Shown here one piece after another: positions 42,856-52,371 of a stretch of 55,407 nucleotides of DNA. How positions within the stretch are numbered: the stretch's first letter is position 1; each line of letters starts with the position of its first letter. The translations under genes were made by a program, and so were the position numbers. Below the pieces are notes generated by a model, which saw only the letters and a list, made by a program, of their open reading frames with translations, searched no databases and was not told the origin of the DNA. The stretch spans positions 1 through 55,407 of IMG/VR virus record IMGVR_UViG_3300010366_000015; one strand, 5' to 3'. The stretch comes from a virus (taxonomy: Duplodnaviria; Caudoviricetes).

Positions 42856-43455
42856 ATGGCAAATGCCAATACGCCCTATGGGCTTCGTCCGTACTCCTAT
42901 GTGTGGGGTGCCCCGTACGCGGGCGCCGTGCGGGTGTACGCAGTTCCGGCCAACAATGGGACCGCCCTCTACTATGGCGATCCGGTCAAGCTCATCACCA
43001 ACTCGTCCGATGGCAATGGCGTGCAGAACGTCGTCATCGGCACGGCCGCTGGTGGCGCCTACACGCTCGGCTCGTTCATGGGCATCGCCAACAACGCCGG
43101 TCAGACCACTATCCCGGTCCTGCAAAACCAGACTCCATATCTGGCAGCGTCGCAGGCCGCGTACGTCTACGTGGTCGATGATCCGTTCGTCCTCTACGCG
43201 ATCCAAGAGGACAGCTTGGGCGGCGCGATGGTCTCGGGCGCTTCCGGGCGCAACGCGGACCTGATCGCAGGCAGCGGCAGTACCGTCACCAGCCAATCCG
43301 GCTGGCTGTTGGACAGCAGCACGCTGCAAACGACGAACACCCTTCAGCTTCGCATCATCCAACTTCTGCAAGAGGTGGATAACGCCGTTGGCACCTACGC
43401 CAAGTGGCTCGTGAAGCTGAACCTCGCCTCTATGCTCAACCTGACGGGGGTGTAA
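42856..43455 (+). CDS. Putative capsid decoration/minor head protein
   Basis: MAN.NTPYGLRP...GDPV...V.DDP...Y.IQ, just before the major capsid gene. Confidence 0.7.
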   Translation: MANANTPYGLRPYSYVWGAPYAGAVRVYAVPANNGTALYYGDPVKLITNSSDGNGVQNVVIGTAAGGAYTLGSFMGIANNAGQTTIPVLQNQTPYLAASQAAYVYVVDDPFVLYAIQEDSLGGAMVSGASGRNADLIAGSGSTVTSQSGWLLDSSTLQTTNTLQLRIIQLLQEVDNAVGTYAKWLVKLNLASMLNLTGV

Positions 43456-43458
43456 GCA

Positions 43459-44367
43459 ATGCCCGTAATCACCACTGGCACGCACCCCAAGGCACTGTGG
43501 CCCGGCATCCGGGCATGGTGGGGCCGTAGCTATAACGAGCATGTGCCGGAGTATCCGGACCTGTTCGAAATCGACACCTCTGACAAAGCCTACGAAGAGG
43601 AACCCGAGATCACGGGTTTCGGCCTCGCTCCGGTGAAGCCGCAGGGCGCCCAAATCTTCTACGACACGGAAGTACAGGGGCCGGTCAGCCGCTACACGCA
43701 CGTTGCGTATGCACTCGGCTACATCGTCACGTTCGAAGAACTGCGCGACGATCTGTACGAGGTGGTCAGCAAGCGCCGGGCGCAGCAGTTGGCGTTCAGC
43801 ATGAGGCAGACCAAGGAAAACGTGCTCGCGGCGGTCTATAACCAAGGCTTCAACAGCAGCTATCCCGGCGCGGATGGCGTCTCGCTGTTCTCGGCGTCGC
43901 ACCCAACGCTGTCGGGCAACCAGTCGAACCTGCTGACCACTGCGGCCGACATATCGGAAGTCGCGGTGGAAGACCTCGTTATTCAGATCATGCAGATGAC
44001 GAATAACCGCGGTCTGAAGATCAGCGGGCTGCCGCAAAGCCTGAACATCCCGCCCGCGCTGTGGTTCGAGTCGAACCGCATCTACCACTCGGTGTTGCAG
44101 AACGACACGGCGAACAACGCCATCAACGTGCTGCGCGCGACGGGGGCCTTCCCGAAGGGGATCAAGGTCAACCACTATTTCTCAAGTTCTACGGCGTGGT
44201 TCATCAGAACAAATATCCCGCGCGGCCTCCAATACTTCGAGCGTGACAAGATCACGTTTGACCAAGACAATGATTTTGACACAAAAAATGCCAAGGCCGC
44301 TTGTTATGAGCGGTACAGCGCGTTCTGGTCAGACTGGCGCGGCGCGTTCGGCACACCGGGAGTGTGA
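43459..44367 (+). CDS. Major capsid protein (Mu gpT-like family)
   Basis: L.PGI..W.G..Y, S.KA.EE..ITGFG.A..K, ALG..VT.E...DDLY, QTKE, DG..LFSA.HP, ERY...WSD.RG.FG. Confidence 0.9.
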   Translation: MPVITTGTHPKALWPGIRAWWGRSYNEHVPEYPDLFEIDTSDKAYEEEPEITGFGLAPVKPQGAQIFYDTEVQGPVSRYTHVAYALGYIVTFEELRDDLYEVVSKRRAQQLAFSMRQTKENVLAAVYNQGFNSSYPGADGVSLFSASHPTLSGNQSNLLTTAADISEVAVEDLVIQIMQMTNNRGLKISGLPQSLNIPPALWFESNRIYHSVLQNDTANNAINVLRATGAFPKGIKVNHYFSSSTAWFIRTNIPRGLQYFERDKITFDQDNDFDTKNAKAACYERYSAFWSDWRGAFGTPGV

Positions 44368-44370
44368 GAC

Positions 44371-44412
44371 ATGAAGAAGGGTAAGGGAAAAGGCGGCAAG
44401 CGCGGCTGTTAA
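44371..44412 (+). CDS. 13-aa Lys/Gly micro-peptide MKKGKGKGGKRGC
   Basis: ATG 3 nt after the capsid stop; GGGAG upstream. Confidence 0.5.
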   Translation: MKKGKGKGGKRGC

Positions 44413-44475
44413 GGCGCTTGCATTCGGGCCGCACGGTTGCGCATTCTCCGCCGCATCGAATCAAGCGGAGAACCG

Positions 44476-44838
44476 ATGTACATCGTGCGGCTCGACTACG
44501 TTAACGGTCTCCACAAAGAGTACGCGTTCAACGACCTAGGCCCGGCTGCGGCAGCACATGAGCTTGCCACCGCAGCGAAAGACGCCAAGGCGCGTGGCAC
44601 CATCACCGATGATGCTGGCCGCAAGGCAGGCTTCGAGGGCGCGAACATCCAATCCGTCGAACTGGTGGACACGCAGGCCGAAGCGATTTCGGCGATCAAG
44701 CTGGTGACAGAAATCAACGCGATCCAGCAGCAGTTCGGGCCGCCCGCGCGGCGTCAACCGCCTCCGGAACCGGAAATCCGCGACGACGCTCCCGAGTATC
44801 GGCCGCCGGTCGGACGCATTGGCAACTTCGCTTCCTAA
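44476..44838 (+). CDS. Hypothetical protein
   Basis: GGAG SD. Confidence 0.65.
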   Translation: MYIVRLDYVNGLHKEYAFNDLGPAAAAHELATAAKDAKARGTITDDAGRKAGFEGANIQSVELVDTQAEAISAIKLVTEINAIQQQFGPPARRQPPPEPEIRDDAPEYRPPVGRIGNFAS

Positions 44839-45001
44839 AGCCACACACGCGTCTGTCCACTACGGCAAGGGAATGCCGCAGTCTCATTGCAGCATTTGTC
44901 GGCACTATCAGGCGCCCAAACGCGACAGCGCGCCGCATTGCGCGCTGGTCCGCGACCCGATCCGGCCCGGCGACTGGTGCGAGAAATTCCACAAGCGGTG
45001 A
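44819..45001 (+). CDS. HiPIP-like 4-Cys small protein
   Basis: K.T..SV.Y...CSIC..Y...C.LV...I.P.DWC..F. Confidence 0.6.
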   Translation: MATSLPKATHASVHYGKGMPQSHCSICRHYQAPKRDSAPHCALVRDPIRPGDWCEKFHKR

Positions 45002-45198
45002 TTGTCTGGCTGTTGCGCGTGGCGATGGTGGGCCTCGCGCCCGGCGACATTCAGTTCTACCAGCCCAAGGTCCAATTCCCGACGCTGCAAGCCTGTCTCG
45101 CGCAAGGCGAAGACGTGTGGCGGGAATATCTGCCGCAGGACAAGCAAGTGAAGTACGTCTGCGATCCGAAGGAAATTGACGTTGATGCGCCGCCGTAG
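44998..45198 (+). CDS. Small putative secreted protein (2 Cys)
   Basis: GTGA-coupled; hydrophobic N-terminus; FPTLQAC...YVC. Confidence 0.55.
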   Translation: MIVWLLRVAMVGLAPGDIQFYQPKVQFPTLQACLAQGEDVWREYLPQDKQVKYVCDPKEIDVDAPP

Positions 45199-45291
45199 CT
45201 AAGGTGCGGCCACGCGCTCTCGCGAGCAGCCTTGTGCGCGATCCCGACAAAGCCCGGTGCGTGTAGCACCCTAGTTGAAGGATCGAACGCA

Positions 45292-46218
45292 ATGGCTCGC
45301 ACAGCCCTTTGGGCGCCAGCGCACCGTGTCATGCAGCGTATGCCTATCGGCTCCGGCGGTGGTCCGGCCAACGCTGCGCCCTCTCTCGATATGGCAGGCG
45401 TGGGCATTCAGGACTCCCGGCTGCTGTGGAACTCCGCGAACAGTTCGACCGGCGCACAGGTGGTCGGCTGGTACATGAGCGGCCCGCATCCGGTCATCGA
45501 CCAAGTGCCGTCTGCGCTGACCACGACAGCCATTGCCGCCGCACAGGTGCCGACCGCTGGCGTCGCGCTGACACTGGTAAGCTCAACGGGCGCTGGCATC
45601 ACGGTGATGTCGTCGGCGCTGCTGGCGCTTCCCTCGCTGAACACGATCGCTGCTGGCACGCTCGCGATCGACTCGGTGCCGACATACATCAGCTTCGGCG
45701 CCAGCGATTTCACCGTGTTCTACAACGCGGGCACGGCGGTAGCGCGCAACATCCAAGTCCGCAGCGTCGGCGACGACAGCGGCGCGACGTTCACCGTTGT
45801 CGGTTACGACCTCTACGGCTACCCGATGACGGAGACGATCACCGGATCATCCGGCGCCCCCGGCACGGCAACCGGGAAGAAAGCCTTCAAGTTTGTGACC
45901 AGCGTCACCCCGGCTGGCACACTCTCCGGTTCCAACGTCAGCATCGGCCAAGGCGACACGTTCGGTATGCCGATCTTCCTTGGGTCCACGACCGGCCTGA
46001 TGGGCTTTTGGAACAACCTCATCATCACGGGCGCTGGCACCGCGACCGCAGGCGTCACCACGACGCCTAGCGCCACGACGGGCGACGTGCGCGGCACCTA
46101 TCTGGTGGGGTCCGCATCGGACGCGTCGAAGCGGCTGCAAGTCTACCAGCACCCATCCGTCAGTTCGATGCAGTCGCTCGGCATCAACGTCGGGCTGTTC
46201 GGCAAGACGCAAGCGTAA
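45292..46218 (+). CDS. Virion structural protein
   Basis: Thr/Gly-rich; G.D.YG.PMTETI, GKKAFK.V, SATTGDVRGTY. Confidence 0.75.
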   Translation: MARTALWAPAHRVMQRMPIGSGGGPANAAPSLDMAGVGIQDSRLLWNSANSSTGAQVVGWYMSGPHPVIDQVPSALTTTAIAAAQVPTAGVALTLVSSTGAGITVMSSALLALPSLNTIAAGTLAIDSVPTYISFGASDFTVFYNAGTAVARNIQVRSVGDDSGATFTVVGYDLYGYPMTETITGSSGAPGTATGKKAFKFVTSVTPAGTLSGSNVSIGQGDTFGMPIFLGSTTGLMGFWNNLIITGAGTATAGVTTTPSATTGDVRGTYLVGSASDASKRLQVYQHPSVSSMQSLGINVGLFGKTQA

Positions 46219-46230
46219 GGCGGACAGCCA

Positions 46231-46530
46231 ATGCGGCCTGTCACAGTCACCACAACGGACGCTTCGGGTGGGGCGAAGAACTCTTCCCCCATCCCGATCG
46301 ACTGGATTGCCTGCCCGGTCAACATCGGCATCGGCTGCATCGTCACGGGCACCGTGAACTACAGCGTGCAGCACTCGTTCGACGGCTCCAACTGGTTCGA
46401 GAACGCCAACATCAGCGGCTCGACGGCAACCGCCGACACGAACTACGCCTTCCCCGTACTTCAGGTGCGATTGCACCAAGCATCGGGAACGGGGTCGGTG
46501 ACGATGACGCTGATCCAGTCGGGGCCGTGA
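46231..46530 (+). CDS. Small structural protein
   Basis: NY.VQHSFD...NYAFPV...RL. Confidence 0.7.
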   Translation: MRPVTVTTTDASGGAKNSSPIPIDWIACPVNIGIGCIVTGTVNYSVQHSFDGSNWFENANISGSTATADTNYAFPVLQVRLHQASGTGSVTMTLIQSGP

Positions 46531-46531
46531 T

Positions 46532-46759
46532 GTGGCGAGCTACGTTTCCTACACCGGAGAGGATGTCAGCCTAGAACCGGGCAATGCCGTCTCCGTACCG
46601 GCAAGCGGCGTTTCGCTGCAAGTCGAAGTCTCGTTCACGGGCGGCGTGTCCGTCCCGGCGAGCGGGCAGGTTCCCGCCGATACATCGGCAATCCTGCTGC
46701 AAAGCAATGCGGGTCTGATCGAACTCGAAGACGCCTCCGGCGTGATCCTGTTGGAGTAG
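46532..46759 (+). CDS. Small structural protein
   Basis: C-terminal ILLQ...LED..GVILLE. Confidence 0.55.
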   Translation: MASYVSYTGEDVSLEPGNAVSVPASGVSLQVEVSFTGGVSVPASGQVPADTSAILLQSNAGLIELEDASGVILLE

Positions 46760-46763
46760 AGCG

Positions 46764-47678
46764 GTGGCAAACAAAAAAATCTCGAATATGACGCCAGCCA
46801 CAACGCCGCTCGATGGCACCGAACTCGTGCCGTTGGTACAGAGTGGCGGGAACGTCCAAGGCACGGTGTCGGACTTCCTGAACTCGGCAGTGGCCACCGT
46901 CGATCTGAGCACAGCCGCCAGCGCAGGCAACACGGGCGCGATCAGCCTCACGACGGGCAAGAGCAGCGGCGCCGACTCCGGCAGCCTCACACTCAAGACC
47001 GGCGATGCTGACGGTACGCGCGGGTCGATCGTCTTCGACTCCGACAGGTTTTCGATGCCTTCGGGCTTCGTTGTGGACACTGGCGCGAACCGGATCGAAC
47101 TGACGGTCTCGTTGCAGAGCGCCGACAACGGTTCTGGCTCCGGCGTGGCCCTCAACGCGGGGCCGGGCGGCGATGTCAGCGGCACAGGAGGCGATGTCCA
47201 AATCTTCGCTGGTAGCGCGAGCGCATCTGGTAGCGACGGCGGCGCGGTTCTGATTGCGGCTGGCGATGGGAGTGGAGCCGGTGTTGGCGGGACCATGACC
47301 ATACTAAGCGGGCAGGGCGGCGGCGACTCTGGCCTCGCCCAATTTGGCGCTGGCAATACTACGGGTGCGGGGAACGGCGGCGGCGCCGTAGTGTTGGGCG
47401 GCGACGCCAATTTCCTAGGAAACGGCGGTGACGTTGAAATTCATGGGGGGTTTGCGAGCAGCGGCGATCCGGGAACTCATGGCGGCAACGTCATTCTGAC
47501 CATTGGCGACACTGCGGCTGGTGGTAGTCAAGGAACGCTCCAGATTTACAACATTGGGGACGGCAAGGGCGTAGCTACCGGCACGATCAAGAACGCGCCT
47601 CATGCGGCTGATCCGTCCATTTGGATGAAGGTCACCATCAACGGCACCATCTGCGCCATCCCCGCTTGGACGGTCTAA
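46764..47678 (+). CDS. Gly-rich fibre-like protein
   Basis: KKISNM.PATTPL.GTE.VP.VQ N-terminal anchor; G.GG.V.I.AG repeats. Confidence 0.7.
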   Translation: MANKKISNMTPATTPLDGTELVPLVQSGGNVQGTVSDFLNSAVATVDLSTAASAGNTGAISLTTGKSSGADSGSLTLKTGDADGTRGSIVFDSDRFSMPSGFVVDTGANRIELTVSLQSADNGSGSGVALNAGPGGDVSGTGGDVQIFAGSASASGSDGGAVLIAAGDGSGAGVGGTMTILSGQGGGDSGLAQFGAGNTTGAGNGGGAVVLGGDANFLGNGGDVEIHGGFASSGDPGTHGGNVILTIGDTAAGGSQGTLQIYNIGDGKGVATGTIKNAPHAADPSIWMKVTINGTICAIPAWTV

Positions 47679-48218
47679 ATGGCGGACGATCGCCACTACG
47701 TCCCCGGCGACAACTACCTTCTGGATGATCTGAGCGGCTTCAAGATCAGGGCATCCCGCGCGCGCGTCATCCCCGGCGGCATCACTGGCAACCTCGCCGT
47801 GGCACCGCAGCGGTGGGAACCGCAACAGCCGCAGGATTTCGTCAAAGGCGTTCCGGACGATCAGACCGTGGCGCTGTCACGGCCTCGCCAGCGAAACCAG
47901 TTCATTCTGCTTGGGACCAACGTCACTGCGTTCTCGGCGCGCGGCGACATGAGCATCACGATTGCCAGCCCGCGAAAGTGGCAAGTCGGCTTCGGCGCGC
48001 AGATCATGTTGGACTCTGGCGTCAACTTCATCACGGCCGTCTCGGCCATCACCAACAACGTCTTCACGCTCGCGCAGCCATTGCCCGCGTCGGTGGGCGG
48101 CTCCATCGGCGATCCAATCGAGAACCTTGTGCTGGCGCTGAACCAAGCCACGCCGCCGTTCTATTTCGTGTTGGATGAGCCGGGCGAAGACATCCTCGAT
48201 TTCAACGTTCTCGCGTGA
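47679..48218 (+). CDS. Structural-module protein
   Basis: DDLSGFK...WEP.QPQDFV.G..D.Q....RP. Confidence 0.7.
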   Translation: MADDRHYVPGDNYLLDDLSGFKIRASRARVIPGGITGNLAVAPQRWEPQQPQDFVKGVPDDQTVALSRPRQRNQFILLGTNVTAFSARGDMSITIASPRKWQVGFGAQIMLDSGVNFITAVSAITNNVFTLAQPLPASVGGSIGDPIENLVLALNQATPPFYFVLDEPGEDILDFNVLA

Positions 48219-50188
48219 CGAATTTCACTCCTTTCGAAACCCTGACGGCGGCTGCCCTCAACGCGGCCTTTGGCGAGGTTACGCCCGGCACTGATGAAAT
48301 CCTGACTGGCGACGGCAGCGGCAACGCTGTCGATGTGCAGTTCGGGACCGGCATCACGCTTACGGTCGGGACGCTGGAAGTCCAATGGCAGTCTGGCACC
48401 GTCGCTGCGCTTGGTAGCGGCATTTCCCTTTCAGGCGGCACGCTATCGGCAACAGGAACCGGCGGCACTGTCACGTCAGTTCACACGACCGGCGCGGGCA
48501 TCGCCGCATCGCCAGCAACGATCACGACGGTCGGCACGCTCGCTGTCGAATGGAATGCTGGCACCGTCACCGCGCTTGGGTCGAACCTGACACTGACAGG
48601 CGGCACGCTCGATGCCCCGCCCGGCGGCGTCACATCGTTCGTCATCAGCGCCAGCCCGTATCTCAATAGCGGCACGATCAGTACGACGGGCACGATCACG
48701 GCCGCGACGATCGCCGACTCGCGTGTCCTCGCCAACGTCAGCGGCGGTGTGGCCATCCCCTCTGCAACGCCGTTCGCAGGCATCCACGCAACGGCCGGGA
48801 CGCTGGTTGCGAACTGGAATGCGGGCACAGTTACGGCGCTTGGCTCCAACCTGTCATTGACTGGCGGGACGCTGGACGCCCCGCCGGGTGGCGTCACGAC
48901 AATCGTTGCTGGCACGGGCCTGTCGGGCGGCACGATCACCAGTACCGGCACCATCGCGATTGCGTCGATCGCCGATGCGAGGATTTTTGCCAACGTCAGC
49001 GGCAGCCCCGCCGCGCCGTCTGCCACTCCCTACGCTGGCATCCACGTGACCAGCGGATCGCTGGTTGCCGACTGGAACAGCGGCACCGTCTCTGCGCTTG
49101 GCAGCGGCGTGTCGCTCGTCGGCGGCACGCTGTCAGCGACCGGCACAGGCGGCAGCGTCACGGACGTTGAAACCGGCGCTGGTCTTAGCGGTGGCCCGAT
49201 CACCACAACGGGCACCATCGTTGCCGACTGGCACGCGGGAACTGTTGCGGCGCTCGGCTCCGGCATTTCGCTGACCACTGGCACCCTGTCGGCAACGGGC
49301 ACTGGTGGAACCGTCACGAACGTAGCGACTGGCACCGGGCTGACGGGCGGCCCGATCACCACGACCGGCACCATCTTGCTCGCCTCGATCACGGCAGCAA
49401 CCGTCATGGCGAACAGCGGAACCGCATCCGCAGCGCCAAGCTCCACGCCGATCGGCGGCGGTCTCACATTCAACAGCGGCACGCTGACAAGCCCATCTGG
49501 CACGGTGACAAAGGTCAGTACCGGCACTGGCGTAACCGGCGGTGACATCACGTCGGCGGGCACTATCTCGCTCGCTACGCGCACTGCCAGCACGCTGATG
49601 GGCAATCCCGGCACGGCAGCGGCCACGCCGTCAGACATAGTGATCGGAAGCGGCGTCACCCTAAGCACGACCGGCACGCTGTCGGCTGCGGGAACCGGCG
49701 GCAGCGTCACGTCCGTCGTGGTGGATGCGTCGCCCTATCTGAACGCGGGAACGATCACCACTACCGGCACAGTCTCGGCGGCGACGCTCGCCGCGAACTC
49801 GTTGCTCGCCAACTCGGGAACGGCCGCTGCCGTACCCACCGCCATTGCCATCGGCGACGGCCTCAACATCAACAGCGGCACAATCTCGGTGCTCAACTCT
49901 GGAACGCTTGTCACTGCGGCCGGTAGCAATCAGGCGACCGCACAGACGATCACTGCTGACATCGCAATCGCCGTGACTGTCGCGGCCAGCACTGGCTTGC
50001 AACTGAAGACGACGCCCGCTGCCTTCTTCCAACAACTGATCGTCAACGCGGGCGCCAACACGCTGTCGGTCTACCCCGCATCGGGTGCGCAGATCGGAAG
50101 CGCGGGCACGAACGCGGCGGTCAGCATCGTGACGGGCGGCAACGCACGGTTCATCGCACAGACAGGATCGCAATGGGTAACCGCCTGA
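48215..50188 (+). CDS. Tail fibre-like protein with internal repeats
   Basis: Repeated W..GTV.ALGS...L.GGTL and GTVT.V.TG.GL.GG.IT..GTI units. Confidence 0.75.
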   Translation: MTNFTPFETLTAAALNAAFGEVTPGTDEILTGDGSGNAVDVQFGTGITLTVGTLEVQWQSGTVAALGSGISLSGGTLSATGTGGTVTSVHTTGAGIAASPATITTVGTLAVEWNAGTVTALGSNLTLTGGTLDAPPGGVTSFVISASPYLNSGTISTTGTITAATIADSRVLANVSGGVAIPSATPFAGIHATAGTLVANWNAGTVTALGSNLSLTGGTLDAPPGGVTTIVAGTGLSGGTITSTGTIAIASIADARIFANVSGSPAAPSATPYAGIHVTSGSLVADWNSGTVSALGSGVSLVGGTLSATGTGGSVTDVETGAGLSGGPITTTGTIVADWHAGTVAALGSGISLTTGTLSATGTGGTVTNVATGTGLTGGPITTTGTILLASITAATVMANSGTASAAPSSTPIGGGLTFNSGTLTSPSGTVTKVSTGTGVTGGDITSAGTISLATRTASTLMGNPGTAAATPSDIVIGSGVTLSTTGTLSAAGTGGSVTSVVVDASPYLNAGTITTTGTVSAATLAANSLLANSGTAAAVPTAIAIGDGLNINSGTISVLNSGTLVTAAGSNQATAQTITADIAIAVTVAASTGLQLKTTPAAFFQQLIVNAGANTLSVYPASGAQIGSAGTNAAVSIVTGGNARFIAQTGSQWVTA

Positions 50189-51266
50189 TCCTCGCCACTG
50201 TGCTTTGGGCGTGGTCGGCGGTTGCGTGCGCGCAAGTCGGGCCGGTGCAGTACGGCGCGCTGCCGAACTGTCAGGACAGCGGCGGCAACCATCTGAACTA
50301 CAGCAGCGGCACGTTCACATGCGGCACCACTGGTTCCGGCGCGACCGTCACGATCAACACCTACACCTCGCACCAGACCACGAACTGGACGCGTCCGTCG
50401 TCCAACGTCGCATGGGTCATCGTCTATGGCGCTGGCGGTGGCGGATCATCCGGCCCTAGCGGCGCGAACTCGTCGGCGGGGGCGGTGGCGGCGGCAGCGG
50501 TGCGCGCATTGACGACATCGCGCTCGCATCCGATCTGACGACGGTCGGCGGCACTGTCTCGCTGACGGTCGGCACGGGTGGCACTGCTGGTACGCCTGTG
50601 TTCACCGCAGGCGGCGTGGGCGGCACGTCGAACTTTGGCACCTTCATCACCGCGTATGGCGGCGGTGGCGGCAACGTTGTCTCGACCTCGCCAAGCGTGG
50701 GAGGGACCGGCGCATCCGTTGCCAATCCCGGCGTGGTCGCAAGCGGCACCACGGCGGGACCAACACCGGGCGGCGCTACGGGTAGCAACTGCTTCGCCGG
50801 ACAGGGATGCAGCGTCAGCGCGATCACCAGCCAAGCGGGACGCAACAGCGAGTATGGCGGCGCATCCGGCGGGTCCAACACTTTCGGCAACAACGTCGGT
50901 GGCGCTGGCGGCAGTTCCGTGTTCTCGGGTGGCGCAGGCGGCAACGGCGGCGGCGAAGGCACGGGCGGCACCTCCAACAACGCAGGTGCGGGCGGTGCGT
51001 GCGGCAGTTTCACCGCAGGCGGCGGTGCATCGGGCGGCACTCACGCCAGTCCGAACGGCGGCACGGCAGCGAACGGCAACACAGTCTGCGGCGGTCAAGG
51101 CGGCGGTGGTGGCGTAGGCGAGCGTTCATCTGTCGCTGGTGACGGCAGCCACGGCGGTCAGCCAGCAGGCGGTGGTGGTGGCGGTGGCGGAATGCCCACA
51201 GCCGGTGCGACGCAGGGCGTCGGTGCGGCAGGCGGCGACGGGGGCGTGTATGTCTTGGCGTGGTGA
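50173..51266 (+). pseudogene. Signal-peptide polyglycine protein paralog 1, split by a -1 frameshift near 50478-50482
   Basis: The N-terminus (50173) and C-terminus (to 51266) both align with paralogs 2 and 3; one extra G in the G5 run restores a continuous ORF. Confidence 0.75.
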
Positions 51267-52371
51267 TGTTCTCGCCGCGCTGCTGGTCTTCAGCGTCTCG
51301 GCATCTGCGGCGCCGGTTGGTCCAGTGCAGTATCCGGCGGTTCCGAACTGCCAAGACTCGGGCGGCAATCACCTCAACTACAATTCGAGTACTGGCGCGA
51401 TCAGTTGCGGCACTACGACATCGAACACCAACATCACGCTCAACAGCTACACATCGAACGGCAGCAATTCGCTGTCGCAAGTCAGCGGCACGACCGTCGT
51501 TTGCGCGAAGCTGTTTGGTGCCGGTGGACAGGGCGGGGGCGGTCAAGGCAATGCAGCAACAAACGTAGTCCGCGCTGGCGGCGGTGGCGGCGGAGCCGGT
51601 TCATCCAATTTCAAGTGCTTCCGCTCCGCTGATCTGACGTGGCCCGTCACGGTGGCGGTCGGAACGGGTGGAACGTCTGGCGGCGGCGGTGGATCAGGGG
51701 CCAACGGCTCGGACGGCACTGCGGGCGGCAACACGACCATCGCCAACGGCGGCACAACGTATTTGTTCGCGGGCGGCGGAGGCGGAGGCGGAGGCGGTGG
51801 CACCGGCAGGCTCGGTGGTGGCACTGGCGGCGGCGTCATAGGGCAGGGCCAGACTGGCGGCACGACATCGGTAATCGGCGGTCTGCCCGCAACCGGCGTG
51901 AACGCAATCGGCCTCGCGGGACAAGGCGCTGGATCGAACATCAACACGGTCGGTCAGAGCGCCGAATATGGCGGTGCCGCTGGCGGCGGTGCGAACGCTG
52001 CTGGTGGCGCTGGCAAGGATGCGGGTTCCTCGATCTATGGCGGCGGCGCGGGCGGTGCTGGCGGCGGCGTCACGACTGGCAATTCGGCAGCGGGTGGTGG
52101 CGCAGGCGGTGCTTGGCGTGCGTGGGTAACGACTGGCGCGGCTGGCGGCGGCGCGAACGGCAACGCCGGTCAAGGCACGGCGACCAACGGCAATTCGCTC
52201 GGCGGCGGCGCAGGCGGCGGTGGTGGCGGCGGCAACAACGCTGCAACTGGCGGATCAGGTGGCGCGGGCGGCTCTTGTGGCGGCGGCGGTGGTGCGGGCG
52301 GCGGCGGAACAAGCACAGGCGGGCAAGGCGGTAATGGAGCCGATGGATGCGCGTTCGTCTGGCAGTTCTGA
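51250..52371 (+). CDS. Signal-peptide polyglycine protein paralog 2
   Basis: MSWRGDVLAALLVFSVSASA-APVGPVQY...CQDSGGNHLNY; Gly runs; ends GCAFVWQF. Confidence 0.8.
   Translation: MSWRGDVLAALLVFSVSASAAPVGPVQYPAVPNCQDSGGNHLNYNSSTGAISCGTTTSNTNITLNSYTSNGSNSLSQVSGTTVVCAKLFGAGGQGGGGQGNAATNVVRAGGGGGGAGSSNFKCFRSADLTWPVTVAVGTGGTSGGGGGSGANGSDGTAGGNTTIANGGTTYLFAGGGGGGGGGGTGRLGGGTGGGVIGQGQTGGTTSVIGGLPATGVNAIGLAGQGAGSNINTVGQSAEYGGAAGGGANAAGGAGKDAGSSIYGGGAGGAGGGVTTGNSAAGGGAGGAWRAWVTTGAAGGGANGNAGQGTATNGNSLGGGAGGGGGGGNNAATGGSGGAGGSCGGGGGAGGGGTSTGGQGGNGADGCAFVWQF

Noticed and set aside
42772-44175. 467-aa minus-strand ORF, and similar long antisense ORFs across the window
   Set aside because: Antisense shadows of real genes caused by high-GC codon bias; no recognisable motifs.
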